DNA of 64,000 nucleotides from Rhina ancylostomus (taxonomy: Eukaryota). Positions 42,701-56,900 of this stretch are shown here, piece after piece. Location: assembly GCA_030265395.1 (NCBI GenBank), contig JARFYF010000012.1, positions 30,503,036 through 30,567,035 on the forward strand, read 5' to 3'. How positions within the stretch are numbered: position 1 is the first letter of the stretch; every line of letters begins with the position of its first letter. Below the pieces are notes generated by a model. The model ran no database searches. It worked only from the letters and a program-made list of their open reading frames with translations, and was not told the DNA's origin. Position numbers and translations under genes: made by a program.

Positions 42701-45700
42701 TTAGGCTAGTTGACTAAGATGCTGGAAGGCTGCCAATGACAAACAGCCAGTACGCAGTACTGAATCACCGTGTCCAGCCGTGTAAGGGAAGGAAGAAGAG
42801 AAAAACAAAGTAATTGTAGTTTGGTGGTAGATGATTTAAACAAAAAAAGCTGCCAAGCTATATTTAGTTTCATTTTTCATCTCAGTGTAGCATTTTAAAG
42901 CAAGATATTCAGAGGGTATAATCTTACCAGTTAAATGCACATTCGAGCCTACAATGAAATCGGAAATGCTAGTTGCTCATATTTTTCCAGAGCCTTTCAT
43001 AAAAAGGGGAAAGAAGAATGCCAAGCCAGCAAAACAGCTCATCCAGTAGCCATTACATGTGAAAACATCCATTGCCAAATATCTTTGCATTATTCATTTT
43101 GAGGCAAATTTACCCAACTCATTAATAAACATATGTGCTAGATCATCATTCCCTTTCACACCAAAATATTATAATTGGCAGTGGAGGTTGAAAGTTTAGA
43201 CCAAGAAATGAACCTTCATTTGATGGAGAAGCCCCAGTTCCCTCATCATCTGGATTGTAGGGAAACAAAAACAAGTTAGAACATTTCAAAATAAAGTGTT
43301 ATTAACCAGTCACAATGTTGTAGGCATTACACAAGCCAACTTCACAATTCATTTATACTGCATCACCATGGAGTGCCAACGTACACCACTGTTCAAATCA
43401 GAGAGATCAAATCTCCTTGACCTTCTATATACATGATGTGATANNNNNNNNNNNNNNNNNNNNNNNNNNNNGTTATTTGGGATGGTGTGGAATTGTGACG
43501 ATCATTTGCACGCTGCTACTGCACACTATTTTATTGGAGACAGGGAAAGAGTCAGGAACTATATTACCTGACATGCACTTCCCAGGACAAGGGCTTCTTG
43601 GGGATTCTGAAGAAAAATGTTGTTTAGAAAGCACCATGCCCTGCAAATAGCTATTCACCTAACTGTTAAAATAAAAAGCGTAGAATGGGAGTGGTTTGTT
43701 ATCAGAGAGGTTGGGATCTGTACTGAGGAACACAGATTAGAAAAGCCTTTTTCTTCTTTTGTCAATTTGTTACGTTACTTTATTTAGCAGCATCCATTCT
43801 GAAATCAAAGCAAAATAAACAGTGCTAGAGGAACTCAGCAAGTCAGGCAGCATCCACAGAGGAAAAGAGACAGTTGACATTAAGGTGGTGACCCTTCATC
43901 TGGACTCACTGAGTCCTCGAGCAGTTTATTTTTTGCTCCAGATTCCAGCACCTACTGTCTTGCGTTTCTCTGAAGAGTTCAAAGCTAGATTGTTATGACT
44001 AGATACCTATTAACCTTATCTATATAATGGCTAAGGAGGAAAAATGTTTACAATGCCTTTTATATTATTTAACAAGACAGTGTACAAATGGAATTTGAAA
44101 TGCATGCTCAAGTGTAGACAGTATAGAAATTTAATAGGCTAGTTACACAATGTTGAATGCAATTTTCCATGAATGAAAGATACTCTGCATCAACTTTCTA
44201 AAGAGCCATAAGCTAAAATCATGCACCCGATCTTTTCGTACAGGGCCACAGATAAATCTATACCATGAGAATATTAAGGTCTGAGGGGTCAAATAAGAGT
44301 TGATCAAGTACCATGAATGAGAGGATCCTGGGAAGTATTGAAGGAAGAAAAGGGACTGGGGTGTACAGGTACAAAAGATCCCTAAAGGCAGCAGCACAGA
44401 CTGACAGGGAAATGAAGGTGACATACAAAATTCTAACCTTCATTAGCCAGGACACAGAGTTTAAGAGGAGTTCATGGTACAATGTTATAAAATTTAGTTA
44501 GTCCATAATTGGAACTGTTCTAATCACCACACTAAAAGGACATGATTATACTGGAGAGGAGATTCAGCAATATGTTGCCTCATGGGAGGTAACATTCCAG
44601 ATACAAGGAAAGACTGGATAGACTGGACTGGTTTTCCCAGGAACAGAAGTGCCTGACAAGGGGGGGGGGGGGAGGAATCCAGTAAAGAAATACAAAATTG
44701 AGGTACATTGGGTAGATAACAAGCAAGTTTTCCCCATGGCAGAGGTGTCTAAGACCGGAGATCATACATTTAAAGTTTTTTTTTTGCGGGTGTGGGGGTT
44801 GGGGGAGTAAAAACAAGAATCTGAAGAGACAAGAAATTTAATATTTAAGCAGCATCCGGGTGAACACCTGAATTGCCAAGGCATAATTGGCTACAAGCCA
44901 AGTGTGGTAAATGGGATTAGTATAGATACTTGACAGTTGGCAGGGCCACAATGGGCCAAAGGGTCAGTTTCTGTGCTGTACATCTTTCCATTAGTAGCTC
45001 TCAGTACTGCTTGTTGACAAGGTTCTGATGCAAGACCAGAGCTCTGAAAGATCATCAACTCCATTTCATGTTCATTGGAGGTTGCCTGACCTGCTGAGTA
45101 TTTATCACATTGAGTCTTATTTTGGATTTCCAGCATACTACAGTGTTTTCTTTCCAGTGTAACCCAAAGCTACCAGCATTGCAAGGCGCATTGGCCTAGA
45201 AATGTTAGTACCCCCAGAAAAATGCAGTGGTGAGCAACAAAGGAGGGGGCAAATAATTTTTGGTTGTAAGCCTCTTGCTGGAAACTCCAAATGAAAAGGG
45301 CACTGCACATTTCTGTTTAAAAATGTGTCACTCAATACTTGGCCAAGGAGATCAAACAAGGATGGGAAGGAATGGTGGTAGCATCAGAATGCAGCACTGG
45401 TTGGGGAAAGTTGTAGGGGTAGGGTGCGATGCTGTGTGGCAAAAGGAGAGCTGAGCACTAGAGAGTTGGGGATGGGGTTCAGAGAGTGAACCCTACACTA
45501 ATGGACAGTGAAGCACATGAAATATCAGGAAGCTGCCACGTTTAGTGAGATGGAACAGGGCCTGAAGGAGAGAAGGAGTGAGGGAAGAGTGTTGGAGTGC
45601 GGGTGGGGTGGAGAAAAAACAAACAGGCTGCCCTAGTTTCCTTGCACTGAAAGGATATTGCATCAGGGTGTGAAAAGATAACTCATACCCAAAAGGGCCT

Positions 45701-47845
45701 GGTTGGATGCAAAGTGGTCTGAAAATGCTCGTTAGAAAGCTTCACACCGGGAAAACAGATTCACTTATAGAACATTGGAAAAGATTAAAATACAAGTTGC
45801 CCCAAAATTAAAATGTTGTACTGCATGATGAAAAGCACATTGGACAAATTATCTACATGATATTGACTGGATAATTTCAAGACTTTAGCAAAGATACATG
45901 CAAAATACTTCCTTCTTAGTTTTGCTCCAAAATTAAGTAGAATGAACTCTGAGCATGGTGAATCATGGCACCGGAAGACTAATACCCTTGAACCTTATGA
46001 TCCAAGGTGAAACTTAAATGCAGCTTGTGATATTTATTAAAATCAAATTGGCAAAACCACAATTTATGGAAAAATCTGGAAGGAGATTCCAAGCCTTGAT
46101 TTTTGGAGATTTGTAAAGTGGAGGATGAGAAGTCCACAAGGAAGGAAATAAAAAGGGAGGTTTCAAAGCTACTGTAACCTATTTGTTAATACTCCAAGCT
46201 ATTATTCCCCTTTTTTAAAATCAGCATCAACTAAACTTGTATACATTTCTCTCTGCCAAGTGATACCAGTCTGGTTTCAGAACCTCAGTGGACTTGGGCC
46301 TAATTAATACTTGGCCGGAAGACCACTGATGTCAGGCACCGTAGGCTTCACTGTGTGGAGAAATGACACCAACTTGCTACTGTCTGAGAGTTTTCCATAT
46401 CAGAAAGTATATGGTAGGATTTAACATCCCTCAAATGATTGAGGCCATCGTAACAGATTTTGACATGCATCTGTTTGGAGAATGGTAACATTTTAGCTTG
46501 ACTGAGGCATTGTCAGATTTTGGAAGTTAAATTGTACATTAACAGCAACAATATAATGGTGGCGGGGGGGGGGGGGGGGAAAAAAGAAGAAAAACACAAA
46601 CCTTCAACTTCGCCACCAGATGAAGCGATCTTGGAGAGGTATAAATACGCTGTCCCAATTGCATCATTTCCAGTCAGCCGATCCCTAAAAGATGTTTATC
46701 ATTCAATAAAAATATATATTATTGCCTATACCATGAGGTTCAAGAATAGCTACTTCCCTTCAACCATTCGGTTCTTGGACTAACAGGCAAAACCCTAATC
46801 ATCAGTGCAGTTTAGCAACACTATGACCACTCTGATCACTTTGCACTAAAATTGTCTTTGCTTTTGGTTCTAATGAGTCTTTTTCTTGTAAAACTTGTGT
46901 ATTATTTGTTTTCATTTATGTTTTCTTGTGGATGCTGCTTATATGACACTAGATGCCTGTGATGCTGCTGTAAGTTTTTCATTGCACCTGTGCATACATG
47001 TATTTGTGCACATGACAATAAACTCTGCCTTTGAATTAGGCTGAACCAGATCTCACCCTTGCAGTAATTAGTAGTAAGCCACTGGAAAGACAACACTCCA
47101 TCCAATCGTTGTACCAACTGATCAAGTAACCAATTCTACTCAAGGTAGCAGAGCCTATTGTACAGGCTGGCTACAGAATACTTCCATAAGCAGAACAATC
47201 AGAACAGCTCAGACCATTACATTCATAGGCAATTAAGCATGGGAAATACATACTAGCTTTACGAATGACTTCCAGATCCCAAAAATAAGTAAAAATAGTT
47301 TTATTCAATGTTATTGGTAACAAAGTTTATGGAGTTGTAATACCATGGCAGTATGTGTCATTCAGACAAGAGGGAACAAAAGGCAGAAACAAAACTGTCT
47401 TAGAATTTGATTTAAAAGATTGGTAATGAGTACTGCTTACGTGTGTCAGACCTGGAGAACATAGCAGTCCATGCCATTTCTACTAGACAATCAAAAGTGG
47501 TTAATGATCTGCTCCTGATTGCTACTGTACATGCAGTAGGTTACACCTCAGAACCAGTGAGCCCAAGTCACACAAAATACTGTGGCATCTCAGCAATGCT
47601 GAGTTCTCCTCCCAAACTACAGTAACTGAGTAATGATGGTTACACTGGTGCATGCTTTCAGCAGACCGGACTTACCAAGAATCTATGCAAGTCTGGGACT
47701 TACAAGGACCAGTAGATGAACCCTGGCAGTTCCTTTTGGAACCACTAGCCTTGGCCAGCATAAGTCAACCTTTTGCTTAGTATATCATTTGGTACTTTGT
47801 TATAGATTAGGTTACTATTTGGTGAATGTCCCTTTAAGACATAGT

Positions 47846-47919
<74 letters not shown>

Positions 47920-50900
47920 NNNNNNNNNNNNNNNNNNNNNNNNNNNNNNNNNNNNNNNNNNNNNNNNNNNNNNNNNNNNNNNNNNNNNNNNNNNNNNNNN
48001 NNNNNNNNNNNNNNNNNNNCAATAACTGTCTGTCACTACAATCCACGTATGGATTTTTGGAATAATCCAGTGGAGTCCACTTTGTCATTAACCTGTAGAG
48101 GGAAACAGGTATTCGTGTGGACGGCCACGTCTCAGATGCCTTTCAGGGTGGCAGATACTTCTGAACAAAGCAGTGAAGATCATCAGTGTCGTATGAGTTC
48201 CATCATGGGACATTTGGATTTCATAATTTCTCTCTATTTTCTCTTCAGTTAATGATGGTTTTGCAAAAGCCTATGCTCACGTTTCCCCTTATGGCTTGCT
48301 GAAAGGAATAATAATTGATGTACAGCAGGTCGGAGGGGAGAGAACAAGGGGCAGCACAGTGGTTAGCATGATGCTGTTACAGTGCCAGCGATCAGGGTTC
48401 GATTCCCACCGCCATCTGCAAGGAGTTTGTACATTCTCCCGTGTCTGCGTGGGTTTCCTCCCACATTCCAAAGACATACGGGTAGGTTAACATGGGTTTA
48501 AAATGGGCAGTGTGGACTCGTGGGCCAGAAGGGCCTGTTACCATGCTGTAAATAAAACTTAAATTTAAAAAACTGAACTTTGAGAACTATTCCTAGACTT
48601 GGAGTTTGGGAATTTGCCACACACACACTTGAGTTTAGTTTTGGGGTTAATGTTTAATATCTATTCTACTTTTAACATTGTAGAATTTTTACTTTTATTT
48701 TTTTCTTATTATCATAAGTAGTTATTAATAACATAGTTTCTAACACTTAGACATGACTCGGTGTGTTTCTTTTGTTGCTGGTATGTAACAACTTGAAAAT
48801 GCAATTCAAGGACTTCCTACTGCAGTCCAGTGAGTCACAGGGAAAGGAATTTCTTGAACAAGAATATTTTAGTCAGATTTATATACAATTGTAACTTGTT
48901 CTCTCCCCTCCAACCCGCTGTACATCAATTATTATTCCTTTCAGGAAGCCACACTCATCGTCCTCCTCCTATCACTCCAGGCAAATTTGGAAGTGAACAA
49001 TTTAACAGGCTAATGTGTTTTTCTTTTGGATTGTCGTTAAAAGGAAAATGGAGGACTCTATATCCCAGAATAAGTTGCATCACTGAAAGATCAGCAATAA
49101 AAGAAAAAAAATGCTCACTGGATAATGCACGGAGTTCCTTAACTGTTTGTGCAGGGCAGTACATTGTTTCTTACAAAATCCATGCAAGTTACAACCACCT
49201 TCTGAAGCAGTAGATTTTTAATATTAGGGCAAACCAGCTTTTTAGTAACTGCACCAAAAATTGCAGTTACTCTCCTTAAAAACTGCAGATTCCTGCCTCA
49301 CCCCTTCTTCGCTTCCTTGTTCTTCAGCATCAACACCCAAGGTGACTTGGTCAAAGACCACTTGACCTAAAGCCAATTCATTTATAGGAATTATCTACAC
49401 TTAATCATTCACAAATAAAATCAACAGGCAGGGAATGAAAACTTTTGCTGCATACTCACCAATCAAAAAGTGTCAGGCGTAATTTCTCGCACATTGACGG
49501 AAACTGAAAGAAGAAAAATATCATACTATTTCTTCTGCATTTATTATTGCCATGCAAGAGAAAACAAAGAACAGTTTTAACAGTTGCATTTCAATCAATT
49601 CTCGTTGGGTTCATTATGCACCAGTTAACCATATCTTGTACAAACAACTTGACAACATTGTACTGCTCATACTTCAGTACAAGCTATCTACCACTAATAC
49701 GATTTGCAAGCACAAGCCTAACACCACATATAGAACATTAAGACTACCAGAATTCAGTATCCAAAAGTACAATGGTCATGGGTCAATCTGTAGCAGAGAC
49801 CTCCGTGCCCTTTACCCAAGATTTCAATGATGATTCTACTCTTATTTCTACTTCTTTAAGCTTCTCCCCACACACCCACCAACACAAGTTCCAGTTATCC
49901 TCTTCCATAAACATATAGAATGATTACATGAACAAAAAACTTCTACTCATCCTATTGTGTGTGTTAGTTTTTCCAACCAAAGAAACTCTAGTTTCAACCT
50001 GCTACCTTTCTCTGTAGCCTTGAAAATTTTTCTTCAACATGCATTTATCCAATATCCTCCTGGCTACCATGGAACCTGCCTCCACGACATCCACAAATGG
50101 TGCATTCCAGATTCCAACCACACACTATTAAAAAATTTTCCTCATTCAACTCTTAAATCCTCTTTTATAAATGTGAGCTCTAGGCCTTAACCCCTCTGAA
50201 ACAGTCCTACTCTCCACTCTGTTCAGATCCCTCATTATTTTTATATACCTGCTCAAGTTTTCCCTCATCCCTTCTCCAAAGAGTCCAAACTCTCTAATCT
50301 ATCCTTACAAGTGTTGTACTTTATGCCAGTAATCACTCAAATCTTTTCTGGACCGTCTTGCATCTTCATCTTTCCTTGGTGTCCTTTCCTGTCATTTAAG
50401 CTCTCCCACATTGATTCTTAGAAACAATTTCTCAACTGTTTACTGTTCTGATGAAGTCATTGATCCACAGGTTTTTTTTGTGTTGATCCAAAGTGTCCAC
50501 ATTTTTTTTATTCCAATTACACATGCTTGATCTCCAGCTGAGTATTATGGATTTTATTTCCCATTTCAGGCATCTGCAGTATTTAGCTTTTGAACTTGCA
50601 GTTGCTGGAAAATTGATGAACTTGGCAGGAGCCATTGGCAATTTCAAATACAACTAAATATGGCTCCAATAGTTAAAAGCAAGCAGACAGAGCAACTGAA
50701 GGGGGGAAAAATACATTGGCAAAAAGCATTGGAAAATACACTTGTCAAAAGTGACTGTGTATTAGGATAGCACGACATACCCATTACCATTAATGTAGCT
50801 GGCCTAGGCATAACCTAATGAGTAGCTTATATGATGCTATGTGCCTGTGATCCTGCTGCAAGTTTTCCATTGCACCTGTGCATAAATGTACTTGTGCCTA

Positions 50901-53900
50901 TGACAATAGACTCTACTTTGACCTAAATATGACAAAGTATCTTTAACAATTCACATCAAATGTTGCCTACAAAGGTTTTGCTTGTTCCATTTTTGAAGAG
51001 GTGGAACAAACACCAATGATAATCTACTACGGTCTGCATGATCGTTACACCCTCAGGTCATGCTGCTCTAAAGAAAAATATAGGATAGCACAAGTCAATA
51101 TAAGTGCAGACTACTTCTGAAAACAACTAACAACGTTGAATTTAATATGGTATCAATGACAAAGCCAAATTCATGAACACCAATCCAATTTTTTAAAAAA
51201 CCTCACCAGATGATATATACATTGCTATATCTGATTCAATAATGCTCAGAAATCATTTAAGTGTCCCATTGTGGTGGAAGCCCATTGGTAGATTTGCTTC
51301 ATGAAAAATTCCATTGTCGTCCTTGTCACTCATACAGTAACCCAAGACTTGCAAAATAGTGGAATATGGCAAACAAGAATTCTAACCAAACCACTAGGAG
51401 GATTACACAAGATCATAACTATGGAAGCCACACAACTAATCAATGACATCTACATTTTTATTCCATTTGTTACACAATCTCTCAAATAATAATCAAAAAT
51501 GTAAACAAGAAGGATAATTGTATGTATTGTGCGACAAGGATCCTGATTTTAGCTTTGATATTACATTTTGTTAGCAATAGCTGAGTGGCATTTTATTACT
51601 TGCACACAATAACAATAATGACATAACCACCAATATCAGAGCTGCAATCTTTATTTGGGAATATCTTCTGTATGGCAATTATTATGGATAAACAAGTTCC
51701 TCAACTAGGTTAGCAAGCCACTTGGATCAAATATATGTAGTTATTTTATTAAGAAGGTAAAATAAAGCAAGTGGACTTTAAGTCTTGCTAAAAACCAAGC
51801 CAACATCTTATAAAATAGGATTGTTCAAAATTAGTCTCAGGTCAGGCAGATTTAGAGAGACACCTAGTTTTGGAATCTATTCCATCAACAGATGGGATGG
51901 ATAAAACTCCTGCTATTACTGTTGAACACATCAGTAATTACACTGACAGAGGATTTAAGTAACAATGATGCACCCCTCTTCTTTGAAACATCATTCCTTT
52001 AGTAATGGGAAGAAAGATGCATCAAGGGCTTTCAGCAATTATCCACATTCACAAAATTTTTGCTGCTGCTATTTGACTTCCTGTGGTTACATTTGTTACG
52101 TCCCCTTCAAATGTTTCAATCTCAATCTCTATTTATACTGTTACAACGGACACTGCCTTTGTAAACTAATCACACTATAATTATGCTGTTCTTTCGTGAC
52201 AGCATTGAAATGCCTAGGGGGTAAAGACACATAATTAATCTTTAAAGTTTACATAGGCAATTTCTGGTGTAAATATGAAGGAGGAAATTTATGCCAGAGG
52301 ACAGAATCCATGACTTCAATATGGAAAAGTAATTACACCCAGTTAGTCTAGCTCAGGTGTTCTCCAATTCCTCACTATTTCATCTGAACACACAATATGA
52401 ATCTCAGGTACAAAAGTACAAGGATCTAAAGATTTATGTGCGTGCATATTCATTGCCTTCCTGTCATAATATTAACATATTTCTCTCTACATCTAACTTG
52501 CAACTGCCCAAATGAAAAAAGTTTAAGGATGTAATTCTAGATTCTGATCATTAGGTTCGATGGTATTTCCAGTTTCCAGCTATGCTGACAAAAAGCATTA
52601 GATCACAGGAAAACATAGCTCAAAGTGGACAGGAATGGACATGGAAATGATAGCTGCCACTGACTCAACGTGGCCAACTCAAAGCAACTGCAGATTATGA
52701 AATGCTACAGTTCCTACCTTGACTTGAAGGTTGAGAACTTGGTTCCACTCAGGATTTGCATTCTTTTCTATTATCTTTGTACAAAGCTTAAGAGAAGAAA
52801 GAATCAGTGTTACATGTGGAAGGCAATTTTTACATTTAGAAATTCCACACTGATATCACTGAATATGGACATGGATAGATTCTCACTTTTTTCCCGGCAA
52901 AGCTAACTTCCACATATGGATCCACGAGGTTTTTCTTGTCAGATCCTGCTCCAAATATTGACTTCACACTTTCTGCAAAGGCATCATCCACTAAAATGGA
53001 GTAACACAGGAAGAAAATTCATATCACTACCAAATTATTTGAGTGTATTAAACTCAATAGCCAAAGCCAGAAATTAAATTTTAATTGCTAAATACAAAAT
53101 TTAAAGAATAATAGACTAAATCTTGGACCCAAATCTAGCTTAACTGCTTTCAATACCTGCAACAATAACATGGACTAAAGTAAGATCCAACACAATTATA
53201 CACTCTCAAACTAAGATTATATGGTTAAATTAAATAATGCAACAGATCAAAGAATTTAGGGATACAGGTCAAAAGGCAGCACCAAGCAATTCGACTACTT
53301 GAAGGTGGAGCAAATGCAAGACAAGCATTGGGAAGAGAATTGTTAAATATACAAGGTGACATTGACCCTATAAAACGGCCTGTATGACAGTTTTTTTAAA
53401 AAAATGAGTCAGTATGGAAATAACTGGAAGAGTTGAAAAGAAATTTGGGTGGTGGTGCACATTTGAAAGTTGAGAACAATGTAGAAATGCAGAAAATGGG
53501 CTCATAGCTGAAGTGCAAGGGCCTGTTGATTAAGGGTTTGGATGGGGTGAGAGAAAACAGAACAGTACAACATAGTATGGGCCCTTCAGCCCACAATGTT
53601 GTGCCAACCAATGCAAATGCCTACTCCATGATCGATCCAACCCTTCCCTCCTACACAGCCCACAACCCACCATTTTTCTTACATCCATGTGCTTAGCCAG
53701 AGTTTCATAGAGCTGTAACATTACCTCACAGCTCTTGAACTCAATCCCCCAACTAATGAAGGCCAGCACACCATAGGACTTCTTAACCTCCCTATCAATT
53801 TGCGTGGCAACTTTGGGGGATCTATGGATTTGGGTCCCCAAGATCCTCCTTAATTCTACTCACCAGGGCTTTCTCATGTCCCCTTATAGCTCCAAGTCTC

Positions 53901-56900
53901 TTAAACTCCTTCCTGGCTACCTTATAATTCTCAAGAGCCCTGCCTGATTTTTGCTTCCTAAACCTTAAGTATACTTCCTCCTTCTTCTTGAAGAAGTGTT
54001 TCACTTCTCTTGTTAACCTTGGTTCCTTTACCCTACCATCTTTTCCCTTTCTCAGTGGGACAAACCTATCTAGAACCCAATGCAAGTGGTCCCTAAACAG
54101 CCTCCACATTTCTGCTGTGCATTTCCCTGAGAGCATCTGTTCCCAATTTACGTTCCCAAGTTCCTGCCTAATACCACTGTAGTTAGTCCTCCCCCAATTA
54201 AAAGCTTTCGCACATCATCTTCTCAATATGAAATGCTCCATCTCAGTCAGCACTGGATGCAGGAAACATGTTACTGCTGGTCCAAAACTGGGTTGTGGCA
54301 GTCGGAGGACAAGGGCAAAATAAGTTGGTGCATCTCTAGGTGGTGGTATATAACAAGGGTGAGAATATCAACACAAGCTCTAGGATGGGATTGGGATGAT
54401 GATGATCAGGTAGCCAAGCAGATTAGATTTAGAATGTCAATAAATAGGCAAGCTCCTTTCAACTTCAGTTGGATCCAGAATACTGACATGAGCTAATTGT
54501 GCAAAGCCCTTGGGTTTTGAGGATACAACAAGTGTGCATTATGTAGAAAGGCAAGAGACCATAAATAGCTTGCTTGAGAAGTTCAAATGAACAAATTGAA
54601 AGCAGGTAGCTGAAGGCAGGGTATTAATGTTCTGTTTAAGCTCTCTTTGTTGTAATATTTATCCTTGTCACCAGAATTACCATGCTCTCCTCTGCAACCC
54701 CAAAACCCAACTTACTCTGAGGAATGTCCTCTGCTCTGTAGATCTTCAGAAGAAAAGTCACCCATCGAAGAGTGAGGCCTGCAGGAAGCATCAGGTTGCT
54801 CTCAACATCGTCCTCATCTTCATTTTGCTCCTTTTTCTCAACCTATTGAATAGAATTTAAAGAACAAAAAGAACAATAGGAAGTAACTCTTGCAAAGCAG
54901 AACATTACTGTGCAATTCCTGTCTCTTTCACCAACTTAACATAGCCCATTATGAGATGCTTTGGTGGCAAGGTGTTCCACTGTGACACCAGCATCACCAT
55001 TACCTCTGGGTGTTTGACAGTTTGTTGTTCAAAAGCTCCTTTCCCTGCAGTGGTTTAGTTTTATTGCTGCAAACCTCAGCTTGCAGTTTGGTCTTGCAGC
55101 TCATCACTGAAAGAGAAAGGTGCCCCTTCTGTCCCTCACTTTCTTCCAAGACCATCTGCCACTGTTGAACAATTTGCTTCGAAAAAAATTGAAAACCATC
55201 TACCTTGTGTCCAAAGTGTAGTTTTAATTCCCCAGACCACTTAAATTTAGTTGCTCCTCAAGTCACACCCATCTATTGGGAGGTATAGTTGTGGTGGCAT
55301 TTATCCCGATGATGAGAGAGAACAAGATTCAGCAGTGCTGCTTGTTTGATCCAGGTGAAGAAAAAGCAGGTTAGTGTATTAATCTGTATGTAACATTATA
55401 TCCTTCTGGGTGCCCTCTTAAACTAACTAATGAAAGGGCCATACCAGAATGAAGGGAGTTTAGTGACCTCTCAATATCAGTTGAGCAACTCTGCATTTCT
55501 CAATTATGTATTCCAATAATATCCCATATAATGCTATTCAACACATGAACCAATTGATTTATTTACATTTTGAAAGTGCCCATTTAATCTCCATTCTTGT
55601 AGGCAACTACTGAATAGGGATTCCCCAAGTAGCACCAACAACGAGCAGTGCTCATAATGATCACTAATAATCATTACTATAACACCACTTAATGTTAACC
55701 CTCATGAATCTTTCTGCAATGCATTCTTAATATTGAATTAAACCAGTTATTTTGAAGATAGCAGCTTTCACCCTGCCCACTTCTGAAGTACCAAATTCAA
55801 ATTAAATATGTTGACTTTTCCTTAACGTGTGCCTTCATTACACAGGAGGGCACCCCTTTTGCCAAACTTTATCAGTCACACAGTAAACATCTTAGAAAAC
55901 AGTTGGTCATGATATTCTGAGGCTCAGTGTGTATTCTAATGAAAGAAGATGCTTGCAGAGCCGTAGCTCACAGCTCAGTGGAAGAGAGCTTTTGTGAACA
56001 TGATAAACGACTAGAGACAATGCTCATTTGGCTACAGACTGAATTCACACATCATCCACAAAACCATTACCGGAGGTTCATCTCCTGTGGCCAAGACAAA
56101 TAAGCTGGCTTTCATGTATCCCTTCGATCCTGTACTTGCATCTTCAGGATCATGAAGCAGGAGCCATTTCCTCAAAACAGCATGTCCTGTGGGTAGCAAA
56201 ATATTCACCATAAAATGTATGTAGCCTTCACCAGTTACACAACACTGTCCAATAATGTAGCATGAAACTGAAGCAGAAAATGCATTTAGCATTGATGTTC
56301 ACTCTGGGCAACATTGATGCCAAGTCANNNNNNNNNNNNNNNNNNNNNNNNNNNNNNNNNNNNNNNNNNNNNNNNNNNNNNNNNNNNNNNNNNNNNNNNN
56401 NNNNNNNNNNNNNNNNNNNNNNNNNNNCATAAAACACTATGGGCTTCAGCTTTGGTACAGTTCTCAGTTGCCATTAAGGATATCACCATCTCAGAGAATG
56501 TAGAAAGGAGACTGAAACAAGGGATGCAAGATCTGTGTTACTTAGAGACTAGAAAATCTGGTCTGTATGGAGCACAAGAGGAAATTTGATATAGGTTTTC
56601 AAAAAAAAACAATAAGGATTTAATTAGCATAAGTAAGGTGAAAGTTTCCAGTGGAAATAAGGCCCAATATGATTGGCCAAAAGAAAGAGGCGCTTGAGGA
56701 AACTTATTTTTAAACAGTTATTTCCAATACAGTTATGTCAAAAGATAACAGAAGTAGATTCAAATATCAACATCCAAAAAAAGAAACTGACAATTTCTGA
56801 AAGACAACATTACAGGAAAATAAAAGGAAAATAGGACAGTTCTACTGGAGAAATATCATAGCCACAGCAGCTGAAGCAATCATTCCTGCATCATTCCAAT

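Larger units (their letters stand above)
47798..48790. mobile_element. Solo LTR (Gypsy-like) with 4-bp TSD, containing a (TG)n tract, a gap and a SINE
   Basis: termini TGTTA...TAACA; flanking direct repeat ACTT at 47794-47797 and 48791-48794. Confidence 0.75.

Noticed and set aside
47789-48252. ORFs with CVCVCV/HTHTHT repeats
   Set aside because: Translations of the (TG)n microsatellite and the N-gap.
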